Source: Marinobacter salexigens (GTDB lineage: Bacteria; Pseudomonadota; Gammaproteobacteria; Pseudomonadales; Oleiphilaceae). Taken from it: a stretch of 32,000 nucleotides of DNA. Where the stretch lies: contig NZ_JAHKPV010000021.1 of NCBI RefSeq assembly GCF_018860765.1, forward strand, positions 978,667 through 1,010,666, in the 5' to 3' direction. Made by a program: the position numbers and the translations under genes. Each line of letters begins with the position of its first letter. Within the stretch, counting starts at the first letter, position 1. The notes beneath the pieces are model-generated. The model saw only the letters and a list, made by a program, of their open reading frames with translations, was not told where the DNA came from and made no database searches. This document shows, in pieces, positions 20,001-28,211 of the stretch.

Positions 20001-20430
20001 ACTTGTTTTTCGACCGCGGGTTGAGTTTGTCCTGAAACAGTTTAGTTGCTTTGCCCCAGTCATGGAGCAGGGCCGCCAGCCCGGTAAAGGCCTTAATCAA
20101 CGGCAAGTATTTCCAGTTGTGTTCAGCGTCACTGAGAGGCAGGTCCAGCTCGGTACTGTTTACGGGCACAACACCTTCTTCGTTAAATTTTCGTCGGTTG
20201 CCAATAATCCATAGCAACTGACTACGGGCCCGTGAGCGTATCCAGTGACAGCTTACAGCGGTGCTTTTACTGGCGGTGTGGCGCAGCATCTTTTGCACTG
20301 CCTGCAAGCCATCTTCAGTAATCAGGGTTTGCCAGGTATTGTCCCCAATGCGATTGGCAAAGGCATCCAGAACGCGTCGGGTTCTGGGCAACGCCTTCTT
20401 TTCACATTGGGAAACAAAGATCACCATCAT
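17026..20430 (-). CDS. cas3: Cas2-Cas3 fusion (Cas2/3) nuclease-helicase
   Basis: 1134 aa. It has an N-terminal Cas2-like domain (VIFVSQCEKKALPRTRRVLDAFANRIGDNTWQ) and an HD nuclease motif (LHDWGKATKLFQ). Helicase motif I is MASTGRGKT and motif II is VIDEVDD. The start overlaps the cas1 stop by 4 nt (ATGA). Confidence 0.95.
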   Translation of the reverse strand: MMVIFVSQCEKKALPRTRRVLDAFANRIGDNTWQTLITEDGLQAVQKMLRHTASKSTAVSCHWIRSRARSQLLWIIGNRRKFNEEGVVPVNSTELDLPLSDAEHNWKYLPLIKAFTGLAALLHDWGKATKLFQDKLNPRSKNKFQGDPLRHEWISSLLLMALIKSGKNPGQDESWLAPLLSQAINEQQLLDALPALHGSRRPLADMPDAACLLLWLVLSHHRLPKPDNKSAFGDETNDTPQQLLKRINQQWGYENNFDDVEFQKRLPDCFVFPEGLLSASSLWLKELSFRARQLQEHLPLYNQAVNDGSWRTIAHHARLCLMLGDHYYSSQPQDANWPASVGLFANTYPEGPNKGQFKQRLDEHLVKVSRVAVRACKILPHFERDTPVAEDIEKLQPARSVPLEIKKQFGWQDKAVTAIKSYREENDDKVKGYFVVNMASTGRGKTLANAKIMQALSEDQQSLRFILALGLRTLTLQTGDEYRDRIGLSDEELAVLIGSRAVLELHRESNTSVEKEDQPLESEDSGSESVEALLGEQEQVVGFADDERWQNLLPEEELTTVLTGQKERALLYAPVLACTIDHIMAATETTRGGRFILPSLRLMSSDLVIDEVDDFTGEDLVAIGRLIHLAGMLGRKVMISSATIPPDLALGYFTAYQKGWALFAVSRYQNSQVACGWTDEFKTRLVTISQGENAIVSYQAAHQSFVERRIAKLRREPVKRRAIIVPLPAPAEDQTVKAAFFSAIQNDIVNRHHQHHEQDAISGRNVSFGVVRCANILPCVELTEYLLDAEWPEHVEVRVMAYHSQQVLLLRHAQEQHLDQVLKRKIPANEPGGAYQNPVIRQHLDTGTSPDLIFVLVATPVEEVGRDHDFDWAVVEPSSYRSIVQLAGRVLRHRSSDPDNTVPNLGLLQYNLKGYRGDTENVFSRPGYEQTGGKHNTWQLFSRNLVDLVDEKAMSRSVDAAPRILKDSKIQLAALEHHAIGHTLGCNYLKKEKIQTDTPAQSPKILWGYTDDYWWMSALPQQFNRFRNSAPGISLYRVIDEKGSVAFWIYDRRSGWVRIEQRFGIERQPLSSERSARLWLQRDYEALVAEQSQRRSTDLTKTSQQLGEVTLSFHNDGDRYRYNDQLGLVKADNE

Positions 20431-21404
20431 ATATCCGGCTCCTCACTCGCTTCGGGAGTGGATGCCTGCAAGGCAATGGCTTTAACGGTGTCGAACATGA
20501 ATTCCAGCGCTTTGTGATCAGTGAAGGCTTGTAATACCTGTTGGCGAAAGTCCTGCTCCGTTGCACCTTCTTTGGCACAGATAAACGCCCAAGGTAATAC
20601 CAGTGCATCTTTGATCAGGTCGGCCACATCAAACACCAGCGCGCCCCGGCGGGTTTTACCGTGCATGACCGCAAAACCATGAGGAATACCCAACACCCAC
20701 AAGCAGCAAGCTGCCAATCCATAAGCCAGATAGTTGCCGTGATTGAGAAAGCTGTTGGCCTTATCCACAGACTGGTGTTGCCGGGTGAAACCGCCCTGCC
20801 CTGTTGCCTCAGCAGCATATTTGTAGAGTATTTTGGTTAGTTGGGCTTCCGTGAGCAGAAGGTCTGAAGATTTTTCAGCGGCTTCCGTGCGCGTGTTGAA
20901 GATATCCAGTGCTTGTTGGATCAGAGCATCGCAGGCATCAAAGCCTTCAAGTTTAAGTTCACGATCCTTCTGCCATACCTCCAGCAAAAAGTTGATTCGC
21001 GCCTGCTGAAATTGCTGTGCCGCTTTAAGGCGATGGGCATCATCAAACCAGAACCCCAGCCAGCCTTGCAAGTACTCGGTGGGCCGGTATTCACTTTGCG
21101 GGGTTAACCATTCTACTTCGCTACCCATATAAAGCGGCGTCCCACCGCCACCGCAAAAACCCACAAGCACACCCGCCTGCGCAAGCATACGCATAGCTGC
21201 CTGAGTAATTGATGTGCCGTTACCCAATAGCAGTACGGTGGTATTGGCAATGGGTATGTTGTAGTAGAGGTTCTCTTTTTCCGCTTCTGTCAGATAAAGC
21301 ACACGACCATCTTTTTGCATTACTCGGCAGTATTCCAAGTAGTACAAGTTGGCACGCTTTGAGTGCAGAATTGCCTTCAAGTCCGAGGGGGATAGGTCAT
21401 CCAT
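20427..21404 (-). CDS. cas1: Cas1 integrase (type I-F)
   Basis: The ORF-track frame is 20427-21437, which starts on a GTG. I place the start at ATG 21404, because MDDLSPSDLKAILHSKRANLYYLEYCRV matches the usual I-F Cas1 N-terminus. Confidence 0.93.
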   Translation of the reverse strand: MDDLSPSDLKAILHSKRANLYYLEYCRVMQKDGRVLYLTEAEKENLYYNIPIANTTVLLLGNGTSITQAAMRMLAQAGVLVGFCGGGGTPLYMGSEVEWLTPQSEYRPTEYLQGWLGFWFDDAHRLKAAQQFQQARINFLLEVWQKDRELKLEGFDACDALIQQALDIFNTRTEAAEKSSDLLLTEAQLTKILYKYAAEATGQGGFTRQHQSVDKANSFLNHGNYLAYGLAACCLWVLGIPHGFAVMHGKTRRGALVFDVADLIKDALVLPWAFICAKEGATEQDFRQQVLQAFTDHKALEFMFDTVKAIALQASTPEASEEPDI

Positions 21405-21504
21405 AAGCGTTTTCCAGCAGTTGCCCACAGTCCACACAGAGCCCCCTATGATTCATCCAGAATCCGGGTAGCTCGCAAACCGAGGTGTTGGGAGAAGTGC
21501 AGAA

Positions 21505-21533
21505 AATATCGTGAGCTTTATAAATACGATCAA
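21505..21533 (-). promoter_or_regulatory. Candidate sigma-70 promoter for the cas operon
   Basis: The minus strand reads TTGATC-17 nt-GATATT, about 100 nt upstream of the cas1 ATG. The match is only moderate and it is not verified. Confidence 0.25.
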
Positions 21534-21660
21534 AACGACTCAATTAACCACCTTCCCTGACAGTTCAAAACCAACCACATAGAAGCGTAGCTATCTATTC
21601 AACATTATCCAGTGATGTAAGTCAGTTTCCGGTGAACTCGCCTCGTTGTCCAAGGAGGTT

Positions 21661-21843
21661 ATGAATAGCCCGTCAAAATCAGCGACAATACCTCTCTGCG
21701 GCTCAAGAGGCTCATTGCCCCTCTTGCTTACCAATCTATTTTCCTCACGCCACGGATACTCGGTAGGCGCCCTGCTGGTGGGTTTAGCTGTATTGGCGGT
21801 TCTCTATCCATTTGTTCAGCCACGCTACGCTCATCTCGGTTGA
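21661..21843 (+). CDS. Small hypothetical membrane protein (60 aa), possibly the front half of a frameshifted ~90-aa gene
   Basis: The ATG is preceded by AAGGAGG, but with only 2 nt of spacing. It contains a hydrophobic helix, VGALLVGLAVLAVLYPFV. A second hydrophobic segment continues in another frame (21840-21929). The coding status is uncertain. Confidence 0.25.
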   Translation: MNSPSKSATIPLCGSRGSLPLLLTNLFSSRHGYSVGALLVGLAVLAVLYPFVQPRYAHLG

Positions 21844-21954
21844 TCTGGCGGCTGGCGATTACGCTGATCGTTCTGTTAGCGTTAGCCATGGCGTTTAAAG
21901 ATTTGCGCGACCGAAGCGCGCAGCACTGACGGTAAAACAACTCTGAGGCAGATC

Positions 21955-23430
21955 GTGACACTATCCAGCGATGATAATTTTATTGAAGTAACCACTCCGG
22001 AAGCGGCGGTTGATCGTCTTGCGGCACTTTATGAGCAAGCCACCAGTGCGTTGCGTGTAGCGCTGAAGCAGTATCTTACTGACCGCCAGCTACCACAGCA
22101 CTCCCAGTGTGCCTTTCGTTATCCTGAGTTGCGCCTGACCTATCAGGCTCAGGGCGAGGTTCCCAGCAGCATACGTGCCTATGCGCGGCTTCAGGTACCG
22201 GGTGTTTACACCATTACGGTAACCCAGCCGGAAGCTTTCCGGCGCTATCTGGAAAACCAGCTGGAGCATATTATGGGGGATTTCACCGTTCTGGTAGAGG
22301 TAGGCTGGAGCCGGGTAAAAATCCCCTACCCCTATGTTGTTGAACAGGGCGATGAGCTGGGTGCTTCGGGTGTTACCGCCAGCGAGCTGGCTCGGATTTT
22401 CCCCAGTACCGATCTATCAGCAACCGATGATGGCACAGCAGATGGCCTCCGCGACTGGCAGGAGCTTGAAGAACTGCCTCTGGCCCTGTTCGATGCCTCT
22501 CGCACGGATTTTTCCTTGCGGCGTTTGGTGCATTACACCGGCAGTGACTGGCAACACGTGCAGCCTTGGATATTGCTGACCAACTATCATCGCTATGTCG
22601 ACCAGTTCATCCGCCATGGGCTCGACATGCTCTTGGGAAGCTCTCGCTTTCAGAGCATGGTATTGCCCGGGAATGTGGTAATTGAACGGGGGATGCGCGA
22701 AGAAGACATGAAGGCGCTTGTGGATTCTGTGGTCTGGCACAGGTTCCAGATGCCTGCCTACCACCTGAAAGCAAAGGAACCGGGCCAGGGCATTACTTTG
22801 GTCAACATTGGGGTGGGGCCTTCCAATGCCAAAAACATCACCGACCACCTCGCCGTACTACGCCCGCACTGTTGGCTGATGATTGGCCATTGCGGTGGGC
22901 TGCGGCAGTCTCAGGTGATTGGCGACTATGTACTGGCTCATGCTTATATGCGCCGGGACGGCATTCTTGATCGGGTGCTACCGCCAAACATTCCATTACC
23001 GGCGTTGGCCGAGGTGCAGCAAGTGCTACAGCAGGCTGCGGCGGAGATTACCGGAGACGAGGGCGACACGCTCCGGCGCCGACTGCGCACCGGCACGGTG
23101 TTAACCTACGATGATCGAAACTGGGAACTACGGTGGGCACAGGAGCGCTCGCAAATTAATCTTGCCCGCGCCATCGCAGTCGATATGGAGAGCGGCACCA
23201 TCGCTGCTCAGGGTTATCGGTTTCGCGTACCCTATGGCACCTTGCTATGTGTGAGCGATAAGCCACTGCACAGTGAGATCAAACTACCCGGCGCAGCCGG
23301 TGCTTTTTACGAGAGTGCGGTTACCCAGCATTTGCATATCGGCATCCGCGCTCTGGAGCTGATGCGCAGTGAGCGGTATACGCTGCATTCACGCAAGCTG
23401 CGTAGCTTTGATGAGCCGCCGTTTCGTTAA
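21955..23430 (+). CDS. amn: AMP nucleosidase
   Basis: 491 aa with a GTG start and GAGG upstream. The N-terminus AAVDRLAALYEQATSALRVALKQYL parallels E. coli Amn (LDKLDALYEQSVVALRNAI). A C-terminal nucleoside-phosphorylase-like domain shows AVDMESG. Confidence 0.88.
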   Translation: MTLSSDDNFIEVTTPEAAVDRLAALYEQATSALRVALKQYLTDRQLPQHSQCAFRYPELRLTYQAQGEVPSSIRAYARLQVPGVYTITVTQPEAFRRYLENQLEHIMGDFTVLVEVGWSRVKIPYPYVVEQGDELGASGVTASELARIFPSTDLSATDDGTADGLRDWQELEELPLALFDASRTDFSLRRLVHYTGSDWQHVQPWILLTNYHRYVDQFIRHGLDMLLGSSRFQSMVLPGNVVIERGMREEDMKALVDSVVWHRFQMPAYHLKAKEPGQGITLVNIGVGPSNAKNITDHLAVLRPHCWLMIGHCGGLRQSQVIGDYVLAHAYMRRDGILDRVLPPNIPLPALAEVQQVLQQAAAEITGDEGDTLRRRLRTGTVLTYDDRNWELRWAQERSQINLARAIAVDMESGTIAAQGYRFRVPYGTLLCVSDKPLHSEIKLPGAAGAFYESAVTQHLHIGIRALELMRSERYTLHSRKLRSFDEPPFR

Positions 23431-23444
23431 ATGGAAGCTCGCTC

Positions 23445-23870
23445 TCACCAGCGACCCTGCAAAGTCGCTACAACCCGGCGCCCGCTGGCTTGGTCCCGGT
23501 GTTCGCAAAGATAGATACCCTGCCAGGTTCCAAGGGCTAGCTGTCCATGGTGTACGGGCAGGGTGAGTGATGGGCCAATAAGGATGTTTTTGATATGGGC
23601 CGGCATATCATCCGGCCCTTCCATCACATGCTCATAGTGTGGCGCTCGTTCGGGCACCATCACGTTGAAGTGACGTTCAAGATCACCGCGCACGTCTGGG
23701 TCTGCGTTTTCGTTGACTGCCAGCGAGGCTGAGGTGTGCTGGATAAACAAATGCAGCAGCCCTACTTCGCAGTTGGTCATATCTGGCGCCTGCGCGAGGA
23801 TCTCATTGGTAACCAAATGAAACCCTCTCGCCAGAGGTGCTAGGTCTACGAACGTTTGATCCCAAATCAT
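23445..23870 (-). CDS. yjbQ: YjbQ/UPF0047 family protein (secondary thiamine-phosphate synthase-like)
   Basis: 141 aa. Family-typical motifs are HTSASLAVNENADPDVRGDLE and PAHIKNILIGPSLTLPV...LGTWQGIYLCEHR. AGGAG lies 6 nt upstream, 15 nt after the preceding gene. Confidence 0.85.
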   Translation of the reverse strand: MIWDQTFVDLAPLARGFHLVTNEILAQAPDMTNCEVGLLHLFIQHTSASLAVNENADPDVRGDLERHFNVMVPERAPHYEHVMEGPDDMPAHIKNILIGPSLTLPVHHGQLALGTWQGIYLCEHRDQASGRRVVATLQGRW

Positions 23871-23885
23871 AGCGGCTCCTATGGT

Positions 23886-24950
23886 TTATTTCTGCAACTC
23901 ATCCCAAGGGTGCATGGGCACAACGGCCTCACTTACTTCCGTCTCAAAGGAGCTTCGGAAGTAATCCATGGCTTTCTCTGCCTCGTTAAGCTCGTCAAAT
24001 CGGGCTATGTGGTAGATGGCTTCGCCTTCGTTGACCAGCGGCAGATTATTCACACAGATAACAATGCCCGAACACGGTGACACAATTGCCGTTTCGGACT
24101 CGCCAAACGGATCGGCCACCATGGCCAGCTTCTGACCTTTGCGTACTTTCTGCCCAAGCTTTGCAACCGGCCGCATGATGCCATCAATTTCTGCCCTCAC
24201 CCATTGAGAGCTGGCTGCAATTTCCGAGCGCTTTTTCACTGTTGAGCGCCCTTTCCGTGGCGGAACCATTTCCAGTTCACGCATCACTCGCATCACACCT
24301 TTTACACCACTGCCGATAACGACATCATCAAAGCGCAAAGCTTCGCCACCTTCGTAGGTAATAACGGGGATATCCAGCGAGTCGGCATAAGCGCGCAAAC
24401 TGCCGTCCCGCAAGCCTGCATCAATAATAACCGGCGCCGCGAATGCTTCTGCCATTCGCGCAGTTTCTGGGTTTTTCAGTTCAGCCCGCACCTGCGGCAG
24501 GTTGAAGCGATGAATAGCACCCGTGTGCAAATCGATGATGTGCGTTACATGTTCCATAATCTGCGTACGCAGAAGGTAGGCAATACGGCCGCCAAGAGAG
24601 CCTCTTTCGCTACCTGGGAAACAGCGGTTGAGGTCGCGCCTATCTGGCAGGTAACGGGTGCGGTGAACAAATCCAAAAATGTTCACGATGGGCACCGCTA
24701 TCAAGGTACCGCGCAGATTGCGAAGCGCTGAATTGGTGAGCACACGGCGCACAATTTCCACACCGGCAATTTCATCTCCGTGTATGGCTCCACACACCAT
24801 CAATACCGGGCCATCGCGCCGACCGTGTACTATTTCCACCGGAATGTGCAGGGGTGTATGGGTGTACAGTTTCGCAATAGGAATTTCTATCGTCTGCCGG
24901 GTGCCGGGCTTTACCTGCACTCCGGCCATTTCAAAGGGCGCTCGCGCCAT
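23886..24950 (-). CDS. Succinylglutamate desuccinylase/aspartoacylase (AstE/AspA) family zinc hydrolase, M14-carboxypeptidase-like, with a C-terminal barrel-sandwich domain
   Basis: 354 aa. Candidate metal ligands are in GAIHGDEIAG (H..E) and IIDLHTG (H). The C-terminal GQKVRKGQKLAMVADPFGE...GIVICVN resembles a lipoyl-like hybrid motif. The start lies 3 nt after the rimK stop. Confidence 0.8.
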   Translation of the reverse strand: MARAPFEMAGVQVKPGTRQTIEIPIAKLYTHTPLHIPVEIVHGRRDGPVLMVCGAIHGDEIAGVEIVRRVLTNSALRNLRGTLIAVPIVNIFGFVHRTRYLPDRRDLNRCFPGSERGSLGGRIAYLLRTQIMEHVTHIIDLHTGAIHRFNLPQVRAELKNPETARMAEAFAAPVIIDAGLRDGSLRAYADSLDIPVITYEGGEALRFDDVVIGSGVKGVMRVMRELEMVPPRKGRSTVKKRSEIAASSQWVRAEIDGIMRPVAKLGQKVRKGQKLAMVADPFGESETAIVSPCSGIVICVNNLPLVNEGEAIYHIARFDELNEAEKAMDYFRSSFETEVSEAVVPMHPWDELQK

Positions 24951-24953
24951 CGA

Positions 24954-25859
24954 TTATCCTCTGCCTTTGGTTTTTGTGCGCCAGGGCGCGTGATTTTTTT
25001 CAATCCAGCTAACAATCATGCCCGCTACGTTTTTGCCGGTTGCGTTTTCGATGCCTTCAAGCCCGGGTGAAGAGTTAACCTCCATCACCAGCGGCCCACG
25101 GCTTGAGCGCAACAAATCCACACCGGCCACATTCAGGCCCATGGCTTTTGCGGCTGTAATGGCTGTTTTGCGCTCTTCCGGCGTAATGCGAACCAGAGAC
25201 GCACTGCCCCCACGGTGCAAATTGGATCGGAATTCTCCTTCGGCACCTTGGCGCTTCATAGCAGCGATAACTTTATCGCCTATCACAAAGCAGCGAATAT
25301 CTGCACCACCCGCCTCCTTAATGAATTCCTGCACAAGAATGTCTGCCTTGAGCCCCATAAAGGCTTCAATCACGCTTTCTGCCGCGGTACGGGTTTCCGC
25401 CAATACAACACCAATGCCCTGAGTACCCTGCAATAGTTTGATCACCACCGGCGCGCCGCCGACCATCTTCAGCAGTTCGGGCACGTTATCCGGCTTGTTG
25501 GCAAACCCGGTTATGGGCATGCCTACGCCTTTTCTCGCAAGCAATTGCAGGGAGCGTAGCTTGTCCCTTGAACGGGTGATGGCAACTGACTCGTTCACCG
25601 GGAAGGTTCCCATCATTTCAAACTGGCGCAAAACCGCTGTGCCATAGAAGGTAACGGACGCCCCGATACGGGGAACAATCACGTCAAAATTCTCAAGAAC
25701 TTCTTCGTGGTAATGAATTCTCGGGTTGGCAGACGTGATGTTCATGGAGCAGTGCAGGCAATCAATCACCTTCACTTCATGGCCACGGTTAATCCCCTCT
25801 TCCACCAAACGGCGGGTCGAGTACAAATGCCGGTTACGGGATAGAACTGCAATTTTCAT
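24954..25859 (-). CDS. rimK: RimK, ATP-grasp ribosomal protein S6 L-glutamate ligase
   Basis: 301 aa. It reads MKIAVLSRN...[22 protein letters not shown]...[18 protein letters not shown]...[11 protein letters not shown]...[25 protein letters not shown], the full set of RimK/ATP-grasp signatures. It has an ATGA overlap with the upstream gene. Confidence 0.93.
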   Translation of the reverse strand: MKIAVLSRNRHLYSTRRLVEEGINRGHEVKVIDCLHCSMNITSANPRIHYHEEVLENFDVIVPRIGASVTFYGTAVLRQFEMMGTFPVNESVAITRSRDKLRSLQLLARKGVGMPITGFANKPDNVPELLKMVGGAPVVIKLLQGTQGIGVVLAETRTAAESVIEAFMGLKADILVQEFIKEAGGADIRCFVIGDKVIAAMKRQGAEGEFRSNLHRGGSASLVRITPEERKTAITAAKAMGLNVAGVDLLRSSRGPLVMEVNSSPGLEGIENATGKNVAGMIVSWIEKNHAPWRTKTKGRG

Positions 25860-26353
25860 TTTTCAGGCCTTAAAGCCGGTTCCCCGGCAAGATAGGAGGC
25901 TTCGGGATAAATCATAGTGCGGCCCGCCATTGCAGTGCGCCCTAGCAGCATACGGAATCGCATGGTATCCCGGTTTGTTAGCGTCATTTCAATGGGCCAG
26001 CTTTCGCCACCAACAATCAGAGTGGTCTCAATCACCAGCCGTAATTCCTTGTGTCCACCGGAGTCCGACACATCACGCTCATCAAGAACGCGAGCATCAC
26101 ACTCCACAACGTGGTGCATATCATTCTGTACCGGGTGAACCCAAAACCTAACCCGGCGCTCACCATCCTGTGTGTAAGGCTCTGTTCGAAAAGTGTGCAG
26201 GCAGGAGGTACGGGCGCCGGTATCCACCTTGGCTTTAATACGGTTTATATCCAGCTCCGGCAGAGCCACCCATTCCCTCCAGCCCAGGCTGGTTTTGTTG
26301 TCAGCAGGTGTCGGCTCAACCGTTTTTAGGGCTTCAACTGTCTTTTTCGACAT
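25856..26353 (-). CDS. RimK-associated retropepsin-like protein (DUF785, often annotated 'ATP-dependent zinc protease'; RimB-like)
   Basis: 165 aa. It carries the aspartic-protease-like motif [14 protein letters not shown]. It is conserved upstream of rimK in many gammaproteobacteria (from memory, not checked). Its stop overlaps the rimK start. Confidence 0.8.
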   Translation of the reverse strand: MSKKTVEALKTVEPTPADNKTSLGWREWVALPELDINRIKAKVDTGARTSCLHTFRTEPYTQDGERRVRFWVHPVQNDMHHVVECDARVLDERDVSDSGGHKELRLVIETTLIVGGESWPIEMTLTNRDTMRFRMLLGRTAMAGRTMIYPEASYLAGEPALRPEK

Positions 26354-27221
26354 CCAACACGTCCTTTTCAGTAGATTTTCCCGGCGCCAACAACTGCACC
26401 TTAAAGGGCTCGGAATGGCTGCCAGCGTAGATGCTGGTGTGTGGAAAGGGTATTTCTATGCCTGCCTCATCCAGAGTTTTCTTTATAGCTACGAGCATAC
26501 CGCTTTTGCCCTCAAGTACCTTGTCTTTGGGTACCCAAAAAGAAAACTGCAGATCCACCGAGGAAGGGCCAAATGCGGTTACCAACACTAAAGCCTTAGG
26601 CTCTTCCAGACACGCGGGGTTCTTTTCTGCCAATTCCAACAGTAGCGCTTCTACTTTCTCTGCATCTTCAGCATAGGCAATACCTACCTGAAGATCGATT
26701 CTGCGAATAGGAAAACGTGAACGATTAACGACCGGCGTCTTGATCAACGTCTCGTTGGGTATGCGCACGTAGAGGTTATCTCTGGTGCGCAGCTTTACAC
26801 TGAGCATGTCGATACCCACAACCTCACCCATGATGGCCTCTACTTCAATGAAGTCACCGATTTCAAAGGGCTTTTCAACGAGCAAAAACAATCCACTGAT
26901 CATGTTGGATGCAGAGGTTTGCGATGCAAAACCAATAGCCACGGTAAGAATGCCTGCTGCACCCAAAACTACATCCAAAGAGAAGCCAGCCTCTCTGAGC
27001 GCCGCCACGCCAAACAGCAAAAAGATAATGTAGAACACTAGCCGCCGAACCATAACGGTATGGTGCCGGGAACTGCGCTTTACCATCATCCTTGAAACGC
27101 TGCGGGCCGCCAATGACGCCAGCACAATACCAAGCACCAGCAAAAAGCCGGAACTGAGCCACTGCCCCCAAGCTATGACTGTAAACACGTTCAGCGCTCC
27201 CGTTTCAAGATCTTCAGCCAC
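26334..27221 (-). CDS. MscS-family small-conductance mechanosensitive channel
   Basis: 295 aa with a GTG start and ACGGAG upstream. It has three N-terminal TM helices, then the pore-helix/beta-domain signature NMISGLFLLVEKPFEIGDFIEV...GEVVGIDMLSVKLRTRDN..VRIPN. Its 3' end overlaps the DUF785 start by 20 nt. Confidence 0.88.
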   Translation of the reverse strand: MAEDLETGALNVFTVIAWGQWLSSGFLLVLGIVLASLAARSVSRMMVKRSSRHHTVMVRRLVFYIIFLLFGVAALREAGFSLDVVLGAAGILTVAIGFASQTSASNMISGLFLLVEKPFEIGDFIEVEAIMGEVVGIDMLSVKLRTRDNLYVRIPNETLIKTPVVNRSRFPIRRIDLQVGIAYAEDAEKVEALLLELAEKNPACLEEPKALVLVTAFGPSSVDLQFSFWVPKDKVLEGKSGMLVAIKKTLDEAGIEIPFPHTSIYAGSHSEPFKVQLLAPGKSTEKDVLDVEKDS

Positions 27222-27245
27222 GTGGGTTACTCCGTAGAATGCGCA

Positions 27246-28112
27246 TTAGCCAAACACTCTGTCGATAGCACGAACCAAGCGCCCTCTCGCTGCCTTTTCT
27301 CGCGCTGGCGCCACTTGTTTGCCGTGGCCCGCCGCAACAAGCAAGCTTTCATCAACATGTAAGCTCGCGGAACTCATATCCGTTGCCACTTCCACAACCA
27401 CGCCTGGTGTCCATAATTGCCCGCGCTCATTCTGATGCAGTGAAAGCAAAGGTGTGGGCAGGCTGAAGCGCTCCAACAATAAAGGCTCCGTTCTGCGGTT
27501 GATAATCGTAACCGGTGTGGTCGCCCGCCATGCTCTCTTGGGTAAAGCATCGAGCACCAAACGGCCAAAACTTGACGATGAATAACACAGTTCGCCTTCC
27601 ATCGTATTTCTACCCACCCAAGTGAGCGAGGGCACCGCTAAGGGAACCTCGGTTAGAAGGGTTTGATTAGGCCCGGAACAGATTTTCATCCAAACCGCCG
27701 TTCCCACATAGATGGTGCACCGGGTGCCGCCGGGTATAGTCAGCGGGTGATAGGGCCGAATCACCGTTGGACGATTCGCCACCGCAGGTATAAAGGTGAC
27801 CGTTGAGGACTTGCCCTCGCGGATAAACCGCTGCAAAGACACGCTTGTGTGCGGAAGCTGGTGGCCTATGGATTCCGACCAGCCCACAGGGGCGGTCTCG
27901 GGTGCTAGGGTTTCGGAGCGCACCTGCCACTCTTGGTCCAGAAGAGTGACCCACAGCCGAACATGACCAAGTTTGTGGTGCTGGGTTTGGCCAGACAAAA
28001 GCTCATAGGGCTGCGCCCAGACACCATCACGCGGGCTTTCCGTTTCACTATCCATAAACGCTGAAAATCCCCTACGAGTGAGGTCGCTAAAGTTGTGTCG
28101 ACTATAATCCAA
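27246..28112 (-). CDS. Hypothetical protein (288 aa), first gene of the mscS-rimK operon; function unknown
   Basis: This is a long ORF with coding-like composition, 24 nt upstream of the MscS gene on the same strand. I recognise no TM helix or catalytic motif. The start is uncertain: TTG at 28112 or ATG at 28055. Confidence 0.6.
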   Translation of the reverse strand: MDYSRHNFSDLTRRGFSAFMDSETESPRDGVWAQPYELLSGQTQHHKLGHVRLWVTLLDQEWQVRSETLAPETAPVGWSESIGHQLPHTSVSLQRFIREGKSSTVTFIPAVANRPTVIRPYHPLTIPGGTRCTIYVGTAVWMKICSGPNQTLLTEVPLAVPSLTWVGRNTMEGELCYSSSSFGRLVLDALPKRAWRATTPVTIINRRTEPLLLERFSLPTPLLSLHQNERGQLWTPGVVVEVATDMSSASLHVDESLLVAAGHGKQVAPAREKAARGRLVRAIDRVFG

Positions 28113-28211
28113 TCAGTAACCCCGAGCGAATATCTAACTAAGTGATTTTATTGCCTCAGCGCGATGTAATTACCCCTACATTCAAAGTTCGAACCCAACA
28201 CGGAATGACAC

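Noticed and set aside
17133-20517. Numerous 60-100-aa ORFs on both strands within cas2-3. The same occurs inside the csy, amn, rimK and phrB genes.
   Set aside because: They are nested in or antisense to long ORFs with strong family signatures. They have no independent start signals.
13110-21437. Whether the locus could be a Tn7-associated I-F3 (CAST) or another atypical I-F variant.
   Set aside because: cas1 and a full cas2-3 fusion with HD and helicase motifs are present. Csy1 to Csy3 and Cas6f are of normal size. No tnsA/B/C or tniQ-like ORFs are nearby. It is a canonical I-F1 locus.
21611-21626. A CRP-like half-palindrome, aGTGAtgtaagTCAgt, upstream of the cas operon. CRP controls some I-F operons.
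   Set aside because: Only 7 of 10 core positions match. It lies about 210 nt from the cas1 start and is closer to the divergent small ORF. It cannot be supported from sequence alone.
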